A stretch of DNA of 64,000 bases from Bacteroidota bacterium. GTDB lineage: Bacteria > Bacteroidota > Bacteroidia > Bacteroidales > WCHB1-69. The notes under the pieces were generated by a model. The model did not search any database. It was not told the origin of the DNA and saw only the letters and a program-made list of their open reading frames with translations. Shown piece by piece: positions 56,745 through 64,000 of this stretch (its first letter is position 1; each line of letters starts with the position of its first letter). The stretch is taken from assembly GCA_023413895.1 (NCBI GenBank), contig JAEZOU010000003.1, positions 148,265 through 212,264 on the forward strand, given 5' to 3'. A program made the position numbers and the translations under genes.

Positions 56745-59700
56745 TTATCTTTTTGAAGCTAAGAAAGCATCAAAATCTTCTTTAGAACCTACTTGAAGAT
56801 CTTGATATTTAAGTAGACCTGTTCCTGCAGGAATTGGATGACCTACAATAACATTTTCCTTCATACCGATTAGTTCATCAGATTTAGCATTGATCGCAGC
56901 TTCTGTTAACACTTTGGTAGTTTCTTGGAAAGATGCTGCAGAAATAAAACTACGTGTTTGCAATGATGCACGAGTAATACCTTGTAGGATTGGCTTACCT
57001 GTTGCTGGTTTTGCATCACGAACCACCATAGGCTTAAGGTCTTTCCGTTTCAACATTGAGTTTTCGTCACGTAATTTCTTTGCATTAATAAGCAAACCTC
57101 TACTATAGTTTTCAGAGTCTCCAGCATCCTCAATATACTTCATTTCCCAAATCATATCATTTTCTTCTTGGAAATCAAGTTTATTGATCAACTCACCTTG
57201 TAGGAATTTTGTATCACCTGGGTCCTCAATTTCAACCTTGCGCATCATCTGACGAACGATCACCTCAAAGTGTTTATCATTAATTTTTACACCTTGCAAT
57301 CGATAAACTTCTTGAATTTCGTTAACGATATACTCTTGCACCTTCATAGGGCCTTTAATATTTAAGATATCAGATGGAGTAAGTACACCTTCTGATAGTG
57401 GAGTACCCGCTTTTACGAAGTCATTTTCTTGCGCCAAAATCTGTTTTGATGTTGGGATAAGGTAAACCTTTTCCTCACCTGTTTTAGAGGTAATTTTAAC
57501 TGAACGATTACCACGTTTCAATTTTTTCTCGAAAGAAACCACACCATCAATTTCAGATACGATAGCTGGATCTGAAGGGTTACGAGCTTCAAACAACTCG
57601 GTTACGCGAGGAAGACCTCCCGTGATATCGCCTGTCTTACCGAAAGATCTTGGGATTTTAACCAAAATTTCACCAGAATCTATCTTTTGATTTTCCTCTA
57701 CTGAAAGACGAGCACCTACAGGAACGTCAAAACTCTTGATTAACTCTTCATTATCATCATAAATCAAGATACTTGGGTTCTTAGTTTTTAAACGGCTTTC
57801 AATAATCACCTTATCGTGAATATTGGTTTGTTCGTCAGTTTCTACTCTATACGTTACACCTTCAATAATATCTTGGAAGACAACGCGACCACGTACGTCA
57901 GACAAAATAACTGCATTAAATGGATCCCAATCCGCAATTAGTGCACCTTTTTCTATAGCATCACCATGTTTGAAATATAGATTTGCACCGTATGGAATAT
58001 TAGAAGATGAAAGGGCAACTCCTGTTTGTACATCAATAATCTTCATTTCCGCAGAACGTCCGATTACTTTATAGTAAGTTTTTCCTTCATCATCTACTTT
58101 TTCCAAAAATCTTAATTCATCAATACTTAAGATACCATTGTATTTAGCAACGATTTTACTATTAGCAGCAACGTTACTTGCAACACCACCAACGTGGAAT
58201 GTACGCAATGTCAACTGAGTACCTGGCTCACCAATAGATTGCGCTGCGATTACGCCGACAGCTTCACCAATTTGAACCATTTTTCCTGTTGCCAAATTAC
58301 GTCCGTAACATTTTTGACAAACTCCTCGTTTGGCTTCACAAGTAGGTACCGAACGAATTTCCACTTCTTCAATAGGGGTTTGAGCAATTCTTGCGCAATA
58401 TGTTTCGTTTAATTCTTCACCAGCTTTAACTATAAGTTCACCTGTTTGAGGATCGTAAACATCGTGTAATGTAACACGACCTAACAAACGATCTGCTAAT
58501 GTTTCAACTACCTCTTCATTTTTCTTCAATGCACCGATTGTCATACCTCTCAATGTGCCACAATCCTCTTCGGTAATGATAACATCGTGAGATACGTCAA
58601 CTAGACGACGGGTTAAGTATCCAGCATCAGCAGTTTTCAAAGCGGTATCCGCAAGACCCTTACGCGCACCGTGGGTAGAAATAAAGTACTCAAGTACTGA
58701 CAAACCTTCCTTGAAGTTTGACAAAATTGGGTTCTCAATAATTTCTCCACCACTAGCACCTGCCTTTGTTGGTTTTGCCATCAAACCACGCATACCAGAC
58801 AACTGACGGACCTGCTCTGCAGAACCACGCGCTCCAGAGTGTCGCATCATATGTACTGGATTGAAACCTTGTCTATCGTTTTCAATTTGTTCCATCAAAA
58901 TACGACTCAATCTAGCATTCGTATGTGACCAAACATCAACGACTTGGTTATATCTTTCTGTGTTTGTAATCAAACCCATATTATAGTTCATCGTGATCTC
59001 ATCCACTTGAGCATTTGATTCTGCAATCAAATCTGCTTTTTCTTTCGGAATAATCACATCACCTAAATTGAATGACAATCCACCTTCGAATGCCATACGG
59101 AAACCTAACCCCATAATATCATCTAGGAACTTCGCAGTTTTTGCATTTCCTGATTCATAAAGAACTTGTCCGATGATATCTCTCAACGTTTTCTTAGTCA
59201 AAAGTTCATTTACAAACCCATGTTCTTCTGGCACCACTTGATTAAAAATTACTCTACCTACTGTTGTATCAGTAAGTACCATTACGCCATCACCCTTCAA
59301 GTTAACTCTACATTTGATACACGCATTCAAATGTACCTTCTTTTCATTATAAGCAATGATAACCTCTTCCGCAGAATAAAATATTCTTCCTTCTCCCATT
59401 ATAGGCTGTTCAGGAGTAGAACGTAACTCTTTTGTAATATAGTAAAGACCTAATACCATATCCTGAGAAGGAACCGTTACAGGAGCGCCATTAGCGGGAT
59501 TCAAGATATTATGAGAAGCTAACATCAACATTTGAGCTTCCAAAATTGCTGCATTTCCAAGAGGAACGTGAACCGCCATTTGGTCACCATCAAAGTCCGC
59601 ATTAAAAGCAGTACAACAAAGAGGGTGCAAACGTAAAGCTTTACCTTCTACCAATCTTGGTTGGAAAGCTTGGATACCCAATCTGTGCAACGTAGGGGCA

Positions 59701-61031
59701 CGGTTCAACATTACTGGGTGGCCTTTCAAAATATTTTCAAGAATTTCCCATACAATTGGGTCTTTCCTATCAACAATCTTCTTGGCAGATTTTACTGTTT
59801 TCACAATTCCTCTTTCAAGAATCTTTCTGATTACAAATGGTTTGAACAATTCAGCTGCCATATCTTTAGGAAGACCACATTCATTCAAATGCAACTCTGG
59901 TCCTACCACAATTACAGAACGTCCTGAATAGTCAACACGCTTACCTAATAAGTTTTGACGGAAACGTCCTTGTTTTCCTTTTAAACTATCAGATAATGAT
60001 TTCAAAGCACGATTAGACTCCGTTTTTACAGCACTTGACTTCTTTGAATTATCAAAAAGTGAATCAACAGCTTCTTGTAACATACGTTTTTCATTACGCA
60101 TAATTACGTCAGGAGCCTTAATCTCAATTAATCGTTTCAAACGATTATTTCTGATAATCACTCTACGATAAAGATCATTTAAGTCTGAAGTTGCAAATCT
60201 ACCACCATCCAAAGGCACCAAAGGTCTTAATTCTGGTGGAATAACTGGAATGACTTTCAGAATCATCCATTCCAATTTATTGAATTCAGTTCTGTCACCA
60301 GCTCTTTTTCTACTATCTCTAAAAGCTTCAAAAACGTGAAGTCTCTTCAGCAATTCTTGTTTTCTTTGTTGAGAGGTTTCGTGATTTGCTCTATCGCGCA
60401 ACTCACCAGATTCTCTATCTAAATCGATTTGACATAATAGATCATACAAACCTTCAGCACCCATTTTAGCAATAAATTTGTTCGGGTCAGTGTCTTCTAA
60501 TAATCTATTTTCTGCTGGCAATTGATCGATGATTTCAAAATATTCCTCCTCTGTAAGAAGGGTTTTCTTTTGAACGGTATCACTCTCTGCCATACCAGGC
60601 TGCACAACGATAAATTTTTCGTAATAAACAACCGAGTCAATCTGTTTGGTATTTAAACCTAAAAGAGCACCAATTTTGTTAGGAGAAGATTTAAAGAACC
60701 ATATATGGGCAACAGGTACTACCAATTGGATATGGCCCATTCTCTCTCTTCTTACCTTTTTTTCAGTTATCTCAACACCACAACGATCGCATACAATTCC
60801 TTTATAGCGGATTCTCTTATATTTTCCACAATTACACTCCCAATCCTTCGTCGGTCCGAAAATCTTTTCGCAAAACAAACCATCTCTTTCAGGCTTGTAG
60901 GTACGATAGTTAATGGTCTCAGGTTTTAGAACTTCTCCATGTGATTGGTTAACAATTGTTTCTGGAGAAGCCAAACTGATGGTTATTCTTGAGAACTCTT
61001 TTCTTGTATTATTATCTTTTCTTAAAGCCAT
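56745..61031 (-). CDS. rpoC: DNA-directed RNA polymerase subunit beta'
   Basis: 1428 aa with the catalytic NADFDGDQM and the zinc-binding Cys clusters near the N-terminus. Confidence 0.98.
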   Translation of the reverse strand: MALRKDNNTRKEFSRITISLASPETIVNQSHGEVLKPETINYRTYKPERDGLFCEKIFGPTKDWECNCGKYKRIRYKGIVCDRCGVEITEKKVRRERMGHIQLVVPVAHIWFFKSSPNKIGALLGLNTKQIDSVVYYEKFIVVQPGMAESDTVQKKTLLTEEEYFEIIDQLPAENRLLEDTDPNKFIAKMGAEGLYDLLCQIDLDRESGELRDRANHETSQQRKQELLKRLHVFEAFRDSRKRAGDRTEFNKLEWMILKVIPVIPPELRPLVPLDGGRFATSDLNDLYRRVIIRNNRLKRLIEIKAPDVIMRNEKRMLQEAVDSLFDNSKKSSAVKTESNRALKSLSDSLKGKQGRFRQNLLGKRVDYSGRSVIVVGPELHLNECGLPKDMAAELFKPFVIRKILERGIVKTVKSAKKIVDRKDPIVWEILENILKGHPVMLNRAPTLHRLGIQAFQPRLVEGKALRLHPLCCTAFNADFDGDQMAVHVPLGNAAILEAQMLMLASHNILNPANGAPVTVPSQDMVLGLYYITKELRSTPEQPIMGEGRIFYSAEEVIIAYNEKKVHLNACIKCRVNLKGDGVMVLTDTTVGRVIFNQVVPEEHGFVNELLTKKTLRDIIGQVLYESGNAKTAKFLDDIMGLGFRMAFEGGLSFNLGDVIIPKEKADLIAESNAQVDEITMNYNMGLITNTERYNQVVDVWSHTNARLSRILMEQIENDRQGFNPVHMMRHSGARGSAEQVRQLSGMRGLMAKPTKAGASGGEIIENPILSNFKEGLSVLEYFISTHGARKGLADTALKTADAGYLTRRLVDVSHDVIITEEDCGTLRGMTIGALKKNEEVVETLADRLLGRVTLHDVYDPQTGELIVKAGEELNETYCARIAQTPIEEVEIRSVPTCEAKRGVCQKCYGRNLATGKMVQIGEAVGVIAAQSIGEPGTQLTLRTFHVGGVASNVAANSKIVAKYNGILSIDELRFLEKVDDEGKTYYKVIGRSAEMKIIDVQTGVALSSSNIPYGANLYFKHGDAIEKGALIADWDPFNAVILSDVRGRVVFQDIIEGVTYRVETDEQTNIHDKVIIESRLKTKNPSILIYDDNEELIKSFDVPVGARLSVEENQKIDSGEILVKIPRSFGKTGDITGGLPRVTELFEARNPSDPAIVSEIDGVVSFEKKLKRGNRSVKITSKTGEEKVYLIPTSKQILAQENDFVKAGTPLSEGVLTPSDILNIKGPMKVQEYIVNEIQEVYRLQGVKINDKHFEVIVRQMMRKVEIEDPGDTKFLQGELINKLDFQEENDMIWEMKYIEDAGDSENYSRGLLINAKKLRDENSMLKRKDLKPMVVRDAKPATGKPILQGITRASLQTRSFISAASFQETTKVLTEAAINAKSDELIGMKENVIVGHPIPAGTGLLKYQDLQVGSKEDFDAFLASKR

Positions 61032-61053
61032 AATTTCTCTTTGAATTTAATAA

Positions 61054-64000
61054 TTAATCGAACTGAACATCGAGAGCTAATCCGCGCAATTCATTCACCA
61101 ATACGTTGAAAGATTCTGGTGTTCCTGGCACAGGCATATTATCACCTTTAACAATAGCTTCATAGGCTTTAGCTCTTCCTACTACGTCATCAGACTTAAC
61201 CGTAAGAATCTCTTGCAATACATTAGATGCTCCGTATGCCTCAATAGCCCAAACCTCCATCTCTCCGAAACGTTGACCACCAAATTGTGCTTTACCTCCT
61301 AATGGTTGTTGCGTAATCAAAGAGTAAGGTCCGATAGAACGTGCGTGCATCTTATCATCAACCATGTGGTGCAACTTAATCATATAGATATAACCAACGG
61401 TAACTTTTTGATGGAATTTCTCGCCAGTTTCTCCATTATACAATTGTACACTTCCGTTTTCTGGTAAACCAGCTTTTTTCATAAATTCATTAATCTCATC
61501 GATAGATGCTCCATCAAAAATTGGAGTAGCAAATTTTATTCCCAACTCTTTTCCGGCCCATCCTAAAACAGTTTCATAAATCTGTCCTAAGTTCATACGA
61601 GAGGGCACACCCAACGGGTTCAAACAAATATCTACAGGGCGACCATCTTCCAAGAATGGCATATCTTCAGCACGAACGATCTTAGCTACGATACCTTTAT
61701 TACCGTGACGACCTGCCATCTTATCTCCAACTCTCAATTTACGCTTAGAAGCAACGTAAACTTTTGCCATCTGAACTATACCATTTGGCAATTCGCTACC
61801 GATTGTTGCATCAAATTTTTCGCGGGTCATCTTCGCATTCAATTCTCTTTCCTTAACTAAATAGTTACGGATAATCTCTGCTACAAGCGTATTACGACGT
61901 CCATCATTTGTCCACTTTGACACAGTAACCGTACTATAGTCAATAGAATACAACAATTTTTGAGAGAATTTTGCACCTTTAGGAATTACAACTGCCTTAG
62001 TATTATCATAGATATTGTGAGCAATTTTTCCTTCTAATAAGTGATATAATTTTTGAACAATTTGATCTTTAAGGTCGGCCAATTTTTTATTATAAATTGC
62101 CTCTATTTCGCTAATTATATCTTTATCTTTAGAACGTGCTTTTCTATCTTTAACCAAACGTGACAAAGATTTAGAACCAATAACTACGCCACGCATTGAT
62201 GGAGGTGCTTTTAATGAAGCATCTTTCACATCTCCAGCCTTATCACCGAAGATTGCACGAAGCAATTTTTCTTCAGGTGTTGGATAAGATTCTCCTTTAG
62301 GGGTAATTTTTCCAATGAGGATATCACCTTCTTTAACTTCTGCTCCAACTCTAATCAAACCATCTTCTCCCAAGTCTTTGGTAGCATCATTAGATACGTT
62401 TGGAATATCGTTGGTCAATACTTCTATACCGCGTTTTGTATCACGAACTTCTAATGTAAACTCTTCAATATGGATTGAGGTAAAAATATCCTCTTTTACC
62501 ACTCTTTCAGAGATAACGATAGCATCCTCAAAGTTATAACCTTTCCAAGGCATAAAAGCTACCATCATATTTCTACCAAGCGCCAACTCTCCATTTTGAG
62601 TTGCATAACCCTCAGTAAGAACATCGCCTTTTACAACCTTTTGATTCTTAACAACAATAGGTTTGATGTTAATACAAGAGTTTTGATTCGTTCTTCTGAA
62701 TTTTTGCAATTCATAAGTTTTTGTACTTGAATCAAAGCTTGTTAATTTTTCATTTTCAGTATATTCATAATTGATGACAATCTTTTCTGCATCAACATAT
62801 TCTACGACACCTGTTCCTTCTGCTCTAATCAATGCACGAGAGTCGATAGCAACCTGTTTTTCCAGACCTGTTCCTACAATTGGAGCCTCAGGGCACAACA
62901 ACGGAACCGCTTGACGCATCATGTTTGAACCCATCAAAGCACGGTTCGCATCATCATTTTCCAAGAAAGGAATCAAAGATGCAGCAATAGAAGCAATTTG
63001 ATTTGGAGCGATATCAATCATATTCACTTGGTCTCTTCCTACGATTGGGAAGTCAGCCAACTGTCTTGCTTTCACTCTTTCTGTCAACAAGCCGTTTTCA
63101 TCCATTTCGGTACGAGCTTGCGCAATAATCATATTTTCTTCCTCCTCTGCTGTCAAGTAAACAGGAGCTTCATTCATTTGTGCAACACCATCAACAACAC
63201 GACGATAAGGAGTTTCAATAAATCCTAACTTGTTGATTTTTGCAAATACACATAAGGAAGAAATCAAACCGATGTTTGGACCTTCAGGAGTTTCGATAGT
63301 ACATAAACGACCATAGTGAGTATAGTGAACGTCACGTACTTCAAAACCCGCACGATCACGTGAAAGACCTCCTGGACCCAATGCTGAGATTCTTCGCTTG
63401 TGAGTAATCTCTGACAAGGGGTTTGTTTGATCCATAAATTGTGACAACTGATTGGTTCCGAAGAATGAGTTAATTACAGAAGAAAGTGTCTTAGCATTAA
63501 TCAAGTCAACAGGAGCAAACACTTCATTATCACGAACATTCATTTTTTCACGAATTGTTCTTGACATACGAGCTAAACCTACTCCAAATTGGTTTGCCAA
63601 CTGCTCTCCAACTGTTCTAATTCTACGGTTACTCAAGTGATCAATATCATCAACTTCAGTTTTAGAGTTAATCAACTCTATTAAATATTTGATGATGGAA
63701 GTGATATCTTGTTTCGTAAGAATACGAGTATTGATATCAATATCAAGATTTAGTTTTTTGTTTATTCTATAACGACCTACTTCTCCCAAATCATAACGTT
63801 TATCGGAGAAGAAGAGCTTTTCAAGTGCAGAACGAGCAGCATCTTCATCAGGTGCAGCTGTATTTCGCAATTGAAGGTATATGTATTCTATAGCTTGTCT
63901 TTCTGAGTTAGCTGGGTCTTTCTGTAGAGTATTAAAAATTACAGAGTAATCCAATTGGTTTTCATCTTGATTATGGAAAAGAACAGTTTTTATATTTGCA
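61054..64000 (-). CDS. rpoB: DNA-directed RNA polymerase subunit beta (5' end outside window)
   Basis: The frame is open to the window edge. Conserved rpoB blocks are present ([51 protein letters not shown]). The Met at 63954 is internal, not the true start. Confidence 0.97.
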   Translation of the reverse strand, partial: ANIKTVLFHNQDENQLDYSVIFNTLQKDPANSERQAIEYIYLQLRNTAAPDEDAARSALEKLFFSDKRYDLGEVGRYRINKKLNLDIDINTRILTKQDITSIIKYLIELINSKTEVDDIDHLSNRRIRTVGEQLANQFGVGLARMSRTIREKMNVRDNEVFAPVDLINAKTLSSVINSFFGTNQLSQFMDQTNPLSEITHKRRISALGPGGLSRDRAGFEVRDVHYTHYGRLCTIETPEGPNIGLISSLCVFAKINKLGFIETPYRRVVDGVAQMNEAPVYLTAEEEENMIIAQARTEMDENGLLTERVKARQLADFPIVGRDQVNMIDIAPNQIASIAASLIPFLENDDANRALMGSNMMRQAVPLLCPEAPIVGTGLEKQVAIDSRALIRAEGTGVVEYVDAEKIVINYEYTENEKLTSFDSSTKTYELQKFRRTNQNSCINIKPIVVKNQKVVKGDVLTEGYATQNGELALGRNMMVAFMPWKGYNFEDAIVISERVVKEDIFTSIHIEEFTLEVRDTKRGIEVLTNDIPNVSNDATKDLGEDGLIRVGAEVKEGDILIGKITPKGESYPTPEEKLLRAIFGDKAGDVKDASLKAPPSMRGVVIGSKSLSRLVKDRKARSKDKDIISEIEAIYNKKLADLKDQIVQKLYHLLEGKIAHNIYDNTKAVVIPKGAKFSQKLLYSIDYSTVTVSKWTNDGRRNTLVAEIIRNYLVKERELNAKMTREKFDATIGSELPNGIVQMAKVYVASKRKLRVGDKMAGRHGNKGIVAKIVRAEDMPFLEDGRPVDICLNPLGVPSRMNLGQIYETVLGWAGKELGIKFATPIFDGASIDEINEFMKKAGLPENGSVQLYNGETGEKFHQKVTVGYIYMIKLHHMVDDKMHARSIGPYSLITQQPLGGKAQFGGQRFGEMEVWAIEAYGASNVLQEILTVKSDDVVGRAKAYEAIVKGDNMPVPGTPESFNVLVNELRGLALDVQFD

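Noticed and set aside
1-64000. Search for CRISPR arrays, tRNA/rRNA genes, transposases, integrases, toxin-antitoxin pairs, reverse transcriptases or known defence genes.
   Set aside because: I saw no regularly spaced direct repeats and no tRNA T-arm signatures (GGTTCGAATCC or its complement) in the intergenic DNA. No ORF has mobile-element or defence motifs. The window reads as core chromosome.

Overview
This is a 64-kb, low-GC, densely coding window that looks like core chromosome of a Bacteroidota (Bacteroidales/Flavobacteriia-like) bacterium. Three things support that assignment: 15 matches to the Bacteroidota sigma-A -7 box TAnnTTTG placed upstream of gene starts, a T9SS C-terminal sorting domain protein, and a DUF3467 gene after rpoC. 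Most ORFs are recognisable housekeeping genes: rpoB (5'-truncated by the window edge), rpoC, uvrC, rnpA, clpB, glnS, hisS, aroB, dnaN, kdsA, coaD, tsaC, panB, rocD, arcC and gmhA. There is also a glycogen-type cluster (GH57, GT4 synthase-like, debranching enzyme, galE, glgB) and a phosphohexomutase next to an ADP-forming acetyl-CoA synthetase. One RNA gene is certain: a type-A RNase P RNA (rnpB, about 20667-21000, minus strand) packed between dnaN and glgB with single-digit spacers. I found no tRNA, rRNA, CRISPR array, transposase, integrase or recognisable defence genes, so the window reads as ordinary core genome rather than an accessory island. The items I would look at again are: (1) the dnaN-rnpB-glgB packing; (2) a roughly 190-nt G+C-rich, strand-asymmetric, non-coding element between glgB and galE, a candidate structured RNA; (3) a LemA plus 575-aa two-TM protein operon; (4) a 775-aa membrane-anchored protein with a disordered basic S/T/P tail; (5) an operon encoding an HhH-bearing outer-membrane beta-barrel and a small barrel. 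All family assignments come from motif recognition by eye, and no database search was run.
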